From Clostridia bacterium (GTDB lineage: Bacteria; Bacillota; Clostridia; TANB77; CAG-465), in NCBI GenBank assembly GCA_045536565.1, contig JAZSNU010000016.1, positions 1-35,334 of the forward strand: a DNA stretch of 35,334 bases, in the 5' to 3' direction. Every line of letters starts with the position of its first letter. Position 1 is the first letter of the stretch. The position numbers were made by a program, and so were the translations under genes. Below the pieces are notes generated by a model, which did not search any database, was not told the DNA's origin, and saw only the letters and a list, made by a program, of their open reading frames with translations. Positions 17,156 through 26,419 of the stretch are shown piece after piece.

Positions 17156-20100
17156 ATGCAATTAAAAAGAGTTGAAATACAAGGGTTTAAATCGTTCGCG
17201 GACAAGACTAATGTTGAGTTCTTGGACGGAGTAACAACAATAGTTGGTCCAAATGGTAGTGGTAAGAGTAATGTATCTGATGCTATCAGATGGGTTTTAG
17301 GAGAACAAAGCGCTAAGAGTCTAAGAGGCTCAAAAATGGAAGATGTAATATTTGCAGGAACCCAGGCAAGAAAAATGCTTGGGCTTGCTGAGGTTACGCT
17401 TGTTTTAGATAATACAGATAGTACACTTCCTGTTGAATACAATGAAGTATCAGTTACAAGAAGAGTGTATAGAAGTGGTGAAAGTGAGTACTATATAAAC
17501 AAAAACCAATGTAGATTAAAAGATATTCAAGAATTATTTATGGATACAGGTGTGGGTCGTGATGGATATAGTATTATTGGACAAGGTAAAATAGACGAAA
17601 TTTTATCTTCAAAATCAGAGGATAGAAGAAGTATATTTGAAGAGGCATCAGGAATTGTAAAATATAGAACAAGAAAAGAAGAGGCTCTAAGAAAATTAGA
17701 ACATACTAATACAAATCTAACAAGAGTTACTGATGTATTAAATGAGATAGAGTCTTCGCTAGGACCACTTGAAGAAAAATCAAAAGTTGCTAAAAAATAT
17801 TTGGAATTAAGAGATAGTCTAAAAGCGTTAGAAGTTAGAGCATTCCTTAATACTATTGCATCAGCAGAAGGTGAAATAAATAGTATAAATGAAGCAATAG
17901 AAGGCTTAGAGCAAAGTATATTATCAAAGCAAAGAGAAATTGAGCAAGCAGAAAAAGATAAAGATGACAAAAAAATAGAATTAGAAAAAATATTACTAGA
18001 CATAGAAAAGAGTCAAGAAGAATATTTTACTAAGATAAATGAACTTGAAAAAGTTAAAACAAGAGTTGAGACTTTTGACGAAAGAATGATTTCAAATAAA
18101 GAAACAATAGAAAGATTAAATCTTGAAATAGAAGATTCAGTTATATCTATCGAGTCTTTAAAAGATGACATTGAAAAAAGAAATACTAGAAAACAAAATA
18201 TGTTAGAAAACAAAGTAAGATTTGAGCAAGAATTAGAGGAAAAAGAACTAGAATTAAAAGAAATTACCGATAATATGTCACAAAAGGAATTAGAGATAGA
18301 AGAAATTAAAAGATATATCGAGTCATTAAAAGATAAATTAACTGAATATAAAGTGGAAGTAAGTTCATTAGAATCTACTATGGAGGCCAATAAAAAACGA
18401 ATTGAACTTATATTAAAAGAAAACACATCTGATATATCATCAGCAGATAGCACAAGAATATTAGAGGCAGAAGAAAAAGAAAGATTCTCTAAAATAAAAA
18501 AACAAAAAGTAGAACTTGAAACAGCAATATCAAATTTAGAAGAGGCTAAGGCAAGGATTGAAATTAATATAACCGGATTTAATGAAAAAGATGCCGAATT
18601 TAAACAAAAAATATTAGAGATAAAATCTAAAATAAATTATCTAATAAATTTAGAAAACGAAAATGAAGGATATATTAAAAGTGTTAAAGGTATAATTGAA
18701 AAAGCAAAAAATGAAGGAACATATGGGAAAAGTGTATATGGAACACTTGCATCTTTAATTACAACTGATGAAAAATATGAAAAAGCAATAGAAATAGCAC
18801 TTGGAGGATATGTTCAAAATATAGTTGTTGAAACAGATAAGGATGCAAAAGAAGCAATAGCATACTTAAAACAAAATTCACTTGGAAGAGCGACATTCCT
18901 GCCGATTAAAAGTGTTAAATCTTCAAAGGCAGAAAAGGTAAGTATAAAAGATGTTGGATATATAGGCTTAGCAATAGACTTAGTTAAGTTTGACAACAAA
19001 TTTTCAAATGTTGTAAACTTGGCATTAAATAAAGCGGTAATAGTAGACAACATTGATAATGGTGTAATAATATCTAAGAAAATATCACAAGGTATGAAAG
19101 TAGTTACACTAGATGGCGATGTTGTAATGTCAACAGGTAGTATGACAGGTGGAGCAACATCTGGTAAAAAGACTTCACTTCTTGGAAGAAACTCTAAAAT
19201 AGATAATGCAAAAGAAACATTAAAACAAGTAGAAAATGAGTATAATAAATTTAATGAAAGTATAAAAAATGATAGAGATTCTTATCAAAGTATAATAGAT
19301 GAAATAACATCTAAAAATGCTGAACTTCAAGAAGTAAACATTACATACAGTGTTACTGAAGAAAAATTAAATAACATATTAAAACAGGCTGAGAGAATAG
19401 CCAATATGCGTAAGAATAAAGAAGAAGAAAAGAATTCTTTGTTTAAACAAAATGAAGAAATAATTGCTAAAAAATTGAGTATAGCAGAAGCATCTGCAAT
19501 GATTCAAAACGATATTGAAATAAAAGAAAATGAAGTTCAAGAATATGCTAGATTTAATAAAGAAAAAGAAGATAAAGTTAATTTCTTAAATGAAGATATA
19601 GTAAATTTAAAAATATCTTTATCATCATTTGATGAGTCAAATGTTGCAATTGATGAAATGGTAGATAAGATTAAAGAGGATATATCTAATTTAGAAGTAT
19701 CTATTGAAAAGAAAAAACAAAATATCGCAGAATGTGAAAATGAGATAGCAAGAGCAGATGAAGATAACAAAATAGATATTTTAAATATAGACAAAATGTC
19801 AGATGAAATCTCAGTTATAAAAGAGCATAACGAAAAATTAAAACAATCTAAAACAGATAATATGGATGCACAAGAAAAACTTGAACAAGAATATATAAAT
19901 AGACTTCAAGAACTTGATAAAGTAAAAGAACAAAAATCGAAAGTAGAAGGAAAAAGAGTAAAATTTGATGTAGAAATAGATGCTCTTAAAAACAAAATGT
20001 GGGATGATTATGAACTTACTATATCTAGTGCAAAAGAGTTTGAAAAAACTAGCACAATAGATAAAGAATTATCTAAGACTAAGATCGAAAATATGATAAA

Positions 20101-20719
20101 CAAAACAAAATCAGAGATTAAATCTTTGGGTGAAGTTAGTGTAAGTAGTATTGAAGAATTTAAAGAACAAAGTGAAAGAGCAACCTTTATTTCTTCACAA
20201 AAAAATGATTTAGAAGAAACTAAACAAAAACTTGAAAACCTTATAGACAACACAACAGCTATAATGAAGACACAATTTGCTAAACAATTTAAAATTATTA
20301 GAGAAAACTTCTCAAAGGTATTTGTGGAATTGTTTGATGGCGGTAAGGCTGATTTAAGATTAAGTGATGAAAGTAACATATTAGAAAGTGGAATTGAGAT
20401 AGAAGTACAACCACCAGGAAAGAAACTTCAAAACATGATGCTTTTATCAGGTGGAGAAAGAGCCTTAACAGCAATAGCGTTACTTTTCTCAATACTTAAA
20501 ATACAGACACCACCGTTTTGTATACTAGATGAAATTGAGGCAGCGCTTGATGATATAAATGTATCAAGATTTGCTAAATATATTAAAAAGTATTCAAAAC
20601 AAACTCAGTTCATTGTAATAACACACAGAAAAGGTACTATGGAAGTTGCATCATCTGTATACGGTGTTACAATGCAAGAATATGGTGTATCAAAACTTGT
20701 ATCTATGAAGTTAAAATAG
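17156..20719 (+). CDS. smc: Chromosome segregation protein SMC
   Basis: GFKSFAD, GPNGSGKSN Walker A, hinge (GRATFLP, GSMTGG), LSGGE signature, LDEIEAALD. Confidence 0.98.
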   Translation: MQLKRVEIQGFKSFADKTNVEFLDGVTTIVGPNGSGKSNVSDAIRWVLGEQSAKSLRGSKMEDVIFAGTQARKMLGLAEVTLVLDNTDSTLPVEYNEVSVTRRVYRSGESEYYINKNQCRLKDIQELFMDTGVGRDGYSIIGQGKIDEILSSKSEDRRSIFEEASGIVKYRTRKEEALRKLEHTNTNLTRVTDVLNEIESSLGPLEEKSKVAKKYLELRDSLKALEVRAFLNTIASAEGEINSINEAIEGLEQSILSKQREIEQAEKDKDDKKIELEKILLDIEKSQEEYFTKINELEKVKTRVETFDERMISNKETIERLNLEIEDSVISIESLKDDIEKRNTRKQNMLENKVRFEQELEEKELELKEITDNMSQKELEIEEIKRYIESLKDKLTEYKVEVSSLESTMEANKKRIELILKENTSDISSADSTRILEAEEKERFSKIKKQKVELETAISNLEEAKARIEINITGFNEKDAEFKQKILEIKSKINYLINLENENEGYIKSVKGIIEKAKNEGTYGKSVYGTLASLITTDEKYEKAIEIALGGYVQNIVVETDKDAKEAIAYLKQNSLGRATFLPIKSVKSSKAEKVSIKDVGYIGLAIDLVKFDNKFSNVVNLALNKAVIVDNIDNGVIISKKISQGMKVVTLDGDVVMSTGSMTGGATSGKKTSLLGRNSKIDNAKETLKQVENEYNKFNESIKNDRDSYQSIIDEITSKNAELQEVNITYSVTEEKLNNILKQAERIANMRKNKEEEKNSLFKQNEEIIAKKLSIAEASAMIQNDIEIKENEVQEYARFNKEKEDKVNFLNEDIVNLKISLSSFDESNVAIDEMVDKIKEDISNLEVSIEKKKQNIAECENEIARADEDNKIDILNIDKMSDEISVIKEHNEKLKQSKTDNMDAQEKLEQEYINRLQELDKVKEQKSKVEGKRVKFDVEIDALKNKMWDDYELTISSAKEFEKTSTIDKELSKTKIENMINKTKSEIKSLGEVSVSSIEEFKEQSERATFISSQKNDLEETKQKLENLIDNTTAIMKTQFAKQFKIIRENFSKVFVELFDGGKADLRLSDESNILESGIEIEVQPPGKKLQNMMLLSGGERALTAIALLFSILKIQTPPFCILDEIEAALDDINVSRFAKYIKKYSKQTQFIVITHRKGTMEVASSVYGVTMQEYGVSKLVSMKLK

Positions 20720-20730
20720 ATTAAATATAT

Positions 20731-20767
20731 AGAGTATTAGAATAATATTGTTCTAGTGCTCTTTTTT
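20731..20767 (+). terminator. smc terminator
   Basis: AGAGTATTAGAA...TTCTAGTGCTCT + T-run. Confidence 0.7.
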
Positions 20768-20806
20768 GCTAAAACGGTGTAATATTGGTGAGAATATTGA
20801 TATTAG

Positions 20807-20835
20807 TTGACAAAACAAATGTAACAATGTATAAT
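20807..20835 (+). promoter_or_regulatory. Consensus SigA promoter
   Basis: TTGACA(20807-20812)-17 nt-TATAAT(20830-20835). Confidence 0.8.
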
Positions 20836-20891
20836 TATGTAGAAAATATATTGTAAAATCAAATAATTAATATTATATGGAGGTAGTAAGT

Positions 20892-21467
20892 ATGTGTGAT
20901 GTAAATGAAAGATGGATAGAAAGGCAGCAGGCAGATGAAAGCCTCGAAAAAGTCATAGATAGAGTTAAAAACTTTGAACCGGCTGAATATATGAAGTGGC
21001 TTCAAAAATTCACAGAAGAGTGGCCGTCTTTTGAAAAAGATGACTGGGATGATGATAAGTCTGATATTTCTTATGAAGATTATATGAATGTTCAAATGTT
21101 AGATCTTTTCTTCAAGTATATAGAAAAATATGCAAACAAAAATTATATTCCTTCTGATAGTAACATTTTAAGTGAATTTGCCTATTGTATTGTATATAAT
21201 GGTGAATATTATAGAATAACTTGTGAAACAAGAGACCTATATTTTTCATATAGTATTGCGAAATATATTAATAATGAAAATGTTATACCATTTGAAGATA
21301 TAATAAATCCTAGTAAATCTACAATAGAAAGAACAAAAAATATGAAGGATGGGATTTCTGAGATGGAAGAATTATTTACTAAACTTATTGAAAATGGTAT
21401 GCCAATTAAAATAATTGAAGAAGAAACTCGAAAAATATTAAGTAACATACAGTTTAAAAATATCTAA
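20892..21467 (+). CDS. Hypothetical protein, paralog A
   Basis: GGAGG before ATG 20892; similar to the next ORF. Confidence 0.75.
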   Translation: MCDVNERWIERQQADESLEKVIDRVKNFEPAEYMKWLQKFTEEWPSFEKDDWDDDKSDISYEDYMNVQMLDLFFKYIEKYANKNYIPSDSNILSEFAYCIVYNGEYYRITCETRDLYFSYSIAKYINNENVIPFEDIINPSKSTIERTKNMKDGISEMEELFTKLIENGMPIKIIEEETRKILSNIQFKNI

Positions 21468-21488
21468 TACTATACGGAGGTAATTAAT

Positions 21489-22073
21489 ATGTCTAACAAG
21501 AATGAAAAAATGTCAAATGAATTTGGTGGTTACATTCAGGAGTATATCCGTAAAAAAGACAGAATGAAGGAACTTGTAATAAGTGAAGAATACATTAAAT
21601 GGTTAGAAGAATTTACTAAAAAGCATCCAACATTTAATGATAATGAGTGGCTATATTTCCCAGAAAAAATATCAAAAGAAGACAATGAAATGGTACAGAT
21701 TTTAAGTGAGTTTTTTAGTTACATTGAAAACTTTGCGGATAATCACTATATTTATCCTAGTGGACAGGTAAGGGAAGAATATTATTCTATTGAATATAAC
21801 GATAAGGTATATGAAATTGGTGTAGTAGTAGGTCAAGGTGCAATATGCTTTTGTAATACTAAGGATGTAGATGAAGATGCGAGGATTATTCCTTATAGCG
21901 AAATATTGAATCCAACATATACAAAGACCTTGAAAGAAAATGTTGAACATAACTTGGATGAGCTTGAAAATTTTCTAAAAACTCTAAACACAAGAAAAGT
22001 TCCTTTGGGAGCGATTGAACAAAAAATAAGAGTAGTTTTAAGTGAATTGAAAAAGGAAAAAAGCCAAAAATAA
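21489..22073 (+). CDS. Hypothetical protein, paralog B
   Basis: GGAGG RBS; EY.KWL..FT...P.F...W and VQ.L..FF.YIE..A...YI shared with 20892. Confidence 0.75.
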   Translation: MSNKNEKMSNEFGGYIQEYIRKKDRMKELVISEEYIKWLEEFTKKHPTFNDNEWLYFPEKISKEDNEMVQILSEFFSYIENFADNHYIYPSGQVREEYYSIEYNDKVYEIGVVVGQGAICFCNTKDVDEDARIIPYSEILNPTYTKTLKENVEHNLDELENFLKTLNTRKVPLGAIEQKIRVVLSELKKEKSQK

Positions 22074-22194
22074 TTTTTTTGAAGATGGTATATGTAATAT
22101 ATGCCATCTTTTGTTTTTATAAATTGACATATTATGATATAATTTAGGTGTAATAAAGTGTAATCCATTATTTAATAAAAAAGGAGGAATTTGT

Positions 22195-23316
22195 GTGTAT
22201 AGGAGTTTAACAAAAATTGCAATTACTGGTGGTCCATGTGGCGGAAAAACAAGCGGACTTGCAAAAATAAGTTCTGGACTTTCGGATAAGGGGTATGAAG
22301 TTATTGTAGTACCAGAAGCAGCAACATTGTTAAAAAATGCTGGAATAAAAATTGGTGAAGGATATTTATCTGGTAAAGAATTTGAGTTCATTCTATTTAA
22401 ACAACAAGCATTCTTAGAGGATTTATTTAATCAATATGCTGAACATTTAAATCAAAAAGATGTAATTATTGTATGTGATAGAGGTATAGTTGATGGTAAG
22501 GCATATCTTTCGAGTGAGGCGGAATATGAGTCTATTTTAAAAGAGCTAGAATTAAATCCTATTGAAGTAAGAGATTCATATGATGCTGTATTTCATTTAA
22601 AAACGGTAGCAGACGGAAAAGAAGAATATTATACTTGCGAGAATAACGAAGCAAGAGGTGAAAAAACTCCAGAAGAAGCAAGAGAAGCAGATAGAAAGAC
22701 CTTAAAAGCATGGATAGGACATCCACATTTTAGAGTTATAGATAATAGTACAGATTTTGAAGGAAAAATGTCTAGATTAATGTCAGAAATATATTCATTT
22801 TTGGGACTGCCTATACCTATCGAAATGGAGCGCAAGTATTTAATAAAAATGCCAAATATAAATGATATATTAAGTAAGTATAATGCTGTAAAATCTGATA
22901 TAGTTCAAGTGTATTTGATATCTCAAAATGATAATGAAGAAGTAAGAATAAGACAAAGAGGAGAAAATGGCTCATACACATATTATCTAACCAAAAAGGT
23001 AAAAAGAGATGATATGTCAAGATATGAAATAGAAGAAAAAATATCGAAAGAAAAATATTTAGAATTACTCATGCAGGCAGATACAAATATGGGAATTATA
23101 CGAAAGACAAGATATTGTTTTGTATATAACAATCAGTATTTTGAAATGGATATGTATCCGTTTTGCTCAGATAAAGCAATTTTAGAGATTGAACTTACCG
23201 ATAAAAATGATAATATTGATATTCCAAGTGGTATTTGTGTGATTAGAGAAGTAACAGAGGACGAAGAATATAAAAATGTAAATATTGCTAAGAATAAGAA
23301 TATATTTAAAAATTAA
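22195..23316 (+). CDS. NadR/Ttd14-like P-loop (AAA_28) + CYTH domain fusion
   Basis: ITGGPCGGKTS Walker A, VPEAAT and CDRG; CYTH motifs EMERKYL, RIR and LEIEL. GTG start after AGGAGG. Confidence 0.85.
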   Translation: MYRSLTKIAITGGPCGGKTSGLAKISSGLSDKGYEVIVVPEAATLLKNAGIKIGEGYLSGKEFEFILFKQQAFLEDLFNQYAEHLNQKDVIIVCDRGIVDGKAYLSSEAEYESILKELELNPIEVRDSYDAVFHLKTVADGKEEYYTCENNEARGEKTPEEAREADRKTLKAWIGHPHFRVIDNSTDFEGKMSRLMSEIYSFLGLPIPIEMERKYLIKMPNINDILSKYNAVKSDIVQVYLISQNDNEEVRIRQRGENGSYTYYLTKKVKRDDMSRYEIEEKISKEKYLELLMQADTNMGIIRKTRYCFVYNNQYFEMDMYPFCSDKAILEIELTDKNDNIDIPSGICVIREVTEDEEYKNVNIAKNKNIFKN

Positions 23317-23424
23317 AATAAGGGAGAATTTCTCCTTTATTTTTTTCTAAAATTTGATAAATTACTATACAAAAATATTATTATATGATACACTTTTATA
23401 TATAACAATAAAGAGGTGTAAAAT

Positions 23425-24855
23425 ATGAAAAACAAAGGAATATCGCTAATAGTTTTAGTTATAACTATAATAGTTATGATAATGCTTGCTACGGCAATAA
23501 TTCTCGCTTTAAATAATAGTGGTATAATTGGTAAGTCAAATGAGGCTGAATTTAAAAACAATTTGGCTGTATTAAAAGAAAAATTGATGCTAGCTAAAAG
23601 TAATGAGTTGCTAGGAGAAGATTATGATTTTGATTCGTTAATCCCAGATAATATGAAAAAATATTTCGGTATATCAGAGGATAAGGAATTAATATATACT
23701 GGTGATCCTGATTTGAAACAAGCAAGGTGGGCTGCTGAGGAAGGAATAAAAGTTATAGTTGCAGAAGAAGAGCCAGAGGTAGAAACAGAGGAAGTAAAGT
23801 TTAAAAAAGATATAGCAGCATTACAAGATTCGTTAAATACAGCAAAAAACAATCAATCGCAAGATTCAAATGAAGACTTTAATTCTCTAATACCAGATGA
23901 TAAGAAAGAGTATTTTAGCATATCAAAAGATGATGAAATAATATATATAGGAAATCCTGAATTAGAACAAGCAAAGTGGGCTAGCGAAGAAGGTATACAA
24001 GTAGTAGATGGCGTATTATATAAACTAAGTGAAAGTGTGAGTCAACTTATGGATTTAGCAAGGGCATATGTAAAGGCAGGAAAGAGCACTGTAAAACCTA
24101 ATGAGTTAGCTTTGCAATATATAAGAAAAGACAGATATAAATCATCTAGTTGGAAAGTACTTGCGGGTAGTATTGATACAAATTTTGTAACATATGTTGA
24201 TAGCAACAAAGATTCAGATATGAAGTTTATTGATATTGAAGATCCAGTAACGGGAGAAGAAATTGATTTTGTACATATGATGGCATCGCTAAATGCATAT
24301 GAATATAGAGACGAAAGTATGTTAGCTACAGAGTATGCTTGTTGGGCTGGTGATTTATGTACATTAGGTAAACAAGTTGATGAGTTTGTTGATGCAAATT
24401 ATACTCCTGATACTTTGGATGATGACGCAATATTAGCACATGCAAAATCATTATTAGGAAAAAATAATGTAAATTCATCTTTTTCACTATCAGATATGTT
24501 AGCAGATGTTGACGCTGTTAATTTAAGTAACTTAACAGTAGGAACAGATGATTTAGACGACGCATTTTACGACTATTATATTGGAGATAAGAAGAATATA
24601 TTAGAAAGAAGATATGAGCATTTTAATAATTATTTACTAAATACTGTATATAATCATGATCAAGTTTATAAGAGTCCATCAGGAAAAGAAAAACTATTTT
24701 ATATTTCCATGAGCGTTGTGGGTAGATATTCTAGTCTGGGATTTTCGTATGCATGTGGTGTACTTGGTAGTACGGCGATATATGATAATATCGATCCTAT
24801 ATCGTGGCATATGGTATCTGTTGCTTTTGAAGAATTTATTAATAGTAATTTATAG
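23425..24855 (+). CDS. Type IV pilin-like leader protein with tandem ~72-aa repeats and C-terminal DFxH...WAGDL...D..ADVDA domain
   Basis: MKNKG|ISLIVLVITIIV prepilin-like N-terminus (no Glu5); internal repeat; conserved-looking C-terminal motifs. Confidence 0.65.
   Translation: MKNKGISLIVLVITIIVMIMLATAIILALNNSGIIGKSNEAEFKNNLAVLKEKLMLAKSNELLGEDYDFDSLIPDNMKKYFGISEDKELIYTGDPDLKQARWAAEEGIKVIVAEEEPEVETEEVKFKKDIAALQDSLNTAKNNQSQDSNEDFNSLIPDDKKEYFSISKDDEIIYIGNPELEQAKWASEEGIQVVDGVLYKLSESVSQLMDLARAYVKAGKSTVKPNELALQYIRKDRYKSSSWKVLAGSIDTNFVTYVDSNKDSDMKFIDIEDPVTGEEIDFVHMMASLNAYEYRDESMLATEYACWAGDLCTLGKQVDEFVDANYTPDTLDDDAILAHAKSLLGKNNVNSSFSLSDMLADVDAVNLSNLTVGTDDLDDAFYDYYIGDKKNILERRYEHFNNYLLNTVYNHDQVYKSPSGKEKLFYISMSVVGRYSSLGFSYACGVLGSTAIYDNIDPISWHMVSVAFEEFINSNL
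23542..24006 (+). repeat. Intragenic tandem domain duplication (aa ~40-111 and ~123-194)
   Basis: DFDSLIPDNMKKYFGISEDKELIYTGDPDLKQARWAAEEGIKV vs DFNSLIPDDKKEYFSISKDDEIIYIGNPELEQAKWASEEGIQV. Confidence 0.9.
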
Positions 24856-24864
24856 GGTGTTGGA

Positions 24865-25260
24865 ATGGAAAAAGAACTTGATATAAGAGAATATAATATT
24901 AAAACATTAGCATATATAGGAGATTCGGTATATGAATTATATGTTAGAGAACATTTAGTTAAAAATTCAAGAGAAGTAGCAAGTAAACTTCATGTTAAAA
25001 CTATAAAGTTTGTTAGTGCAAAAGCTCAGGAATATATAATAAATAATATATATGAAATGTTAACAGAAGAAGAAAAAGATATATATAAAAGAGGAAGAAA
25101 TGCAAGCACTAATACTGTTCCTAAAAATACAGATGTTGTTACATATAAAAAGGCAACAGGATTTGAAGCGGTAATAGGATATTTGTACTTGACTAAGCAA
25201 AAAAGAAGAATGGACGATATTATTAGAAATAGTATAAGGATAATTAGTGAGAGGGTATGA
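24865..25260 (+). CDS. mrnC: Mini-ribonuclease III
   Basis: LAYIGDSVYELYVR, KRGRNA and YKKATGFEA.IGYLYL motifs. Confidence 0.93.
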   Translation: MEKELDIREYNIKTLAYIGDSVYELYVREHLVKNSREVASKLHVKTIKFVSAKAQEYIINNIYEMLTEEEKDIYKRGRNASTNTVPKNTDVVTYKKATGFEAVIGYLYLTKQKRRMDDIIRNSIRIISERV

Positions 25261-25264
25261 TAAT

Positions 25265-25537
25265 ATGAGATTTAATACTAATGAAAATTTTAATTGGGGA
25301 TTAAATAGTGAAATGAATGAACTTTTAAATGGTATTGATATTTCTTCTGAAAAAAGAGTTATAATGACAGCAGGGGATAAGCAATTTATATATGATGATG
25401 GACAAATATATAGCACGAGCACCACAAAGTTTACCAAAGGAAAACAGTTAACAAGAGAAGAATTTAGACTTCAAGCACAGGAAATAAGAATAAATAATTA
25501 TATGACGAATAAAAGAAACGATATTATAATAGAGTAA
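25265..25537 (+). CDS. Hypothetical protein (90 aa)
   Basis: Likely ATG 25265 after GAGGG, close to the mrnC stop; terminator follows (~25532-25562). Confidence 0.6.
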   Translation: MRFNTNENFNWGLNSEMNELLNGIDISSEKRVIMTAGDKQFIYDDGQIYSTSTTKFTKGKQLTREEFRLQAQEIRINNYMTNKRNDIIIE

Positions 25538-25562
25538 AGGGATAAACACCCTTTACTTTTTT

Positions 25563-25590
25563 CACCAAAATGTTAACTAATCATATAATA
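25563..25590 (+). promoter_or_regulatory. Probable SigK-type sporulation promoter
   Basis: AC(25564-25565)-16 nt-CATATAATA(25582-25590) fits the SigK consensus AC-N16/17-CATAnnnTA. Confidence 0.5.
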
Positions 25591-25621
25591 TATTGTACTT
25601 ATATGAAAGGAGATATATTAT

Positions 25622-26206
25622 ATGGAAAATAATGAAAGAGTTTGGGGCACTCCGGGTGCAGGATGGGGAGGAATGTATTCATCAGCGCCTAATGGATTAG
25701 GGTATGGATTTACATATCCAGGATTAATGCCATTTTGGGGATTTGGATTAGAACCAAATCTTTGGTCAGATGCAAATGTTCAAAATGAATACGAAAATCC
25801 TGTTATGAGAAATCATATGAATATGCATATGAATAATATGGATTATATGAATACTCATATGAAACCAATAGAAATGATGTACCCTAAATGTCATAAAATG
25901 ATGCATGAAGTGGTAATTAAAGAGTGCAATATGTTTATGAAGAACAACAAAGGAATAATGCCTAATAAAATTTGCAAAGAGGAGTTTTGTAAAATGGTTG
26001 AAAACGCTACAATGCATATAATGAACAACGAGGAAATGTTTATAGATAAACTAAAAGCACATACAATGTGTAACAGAGATTTGGATGAAGAAGAAATTGA
26101 AACAAGAGGCAACCTTGGTAGATATGGAAATCTTCTTGTAGGTGGTATGTTAAGTATTTTAATGATACAAGAATTGAGAAGAAGAGGTTGCATTTATTGC
26201 TATTAA
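25622..26206 (+). CDS. Probable spore coat protein (Gly/aromatic N-term, Met/His/Asn-rich, Cys-containing)
   Basis: Composition; E.MYP and IL.I.EL.RR motifs resembling clostridial coat-type proteins; SigK-like promoter. Confidence 0.5.
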   Translation: MENNERVWGTPGAGWGGMYSSAPNGLGYGFTYPGLMPFWGFGLEPNLWSDANVQNEYENPVMRNHMNMHMNNMDYMNTHMKPIEMMYPKCHKMMHEVVIKECNMFMKNNKGIMPNKICKEEFCKMVENATMHIMNNEEMFIDKLKAHTMCNRDLDEEEIETRGNLGRYGNLLVGGMLSILMIQELRRRGCIYCY

Positions 26207-26419
26207 TAAATATGAATTAGTGAGTTTTTCTTGCTAATTCATTTTATTTGTGTTTTTAGGATTTAATATATCACTAAACCTTGATTTTTAAGCATTATTG
26301 TAATAAAATGTAGTAAATTAGAATGTAAAAAAATATTTAATTTATAAAAAATGACAAAATATATTTTAAAAATATAGTAGTATATATGTAGAAAAAACGA
26401 AATACTAAGAGGTGTAATA

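Noticed and set aside
17156-20719. Wadjet/Lamassu-type defence SMC
   Set aside because: Canonical hinge-containing housekeeping SMC; no Jet or Lmu partner genes recognised.
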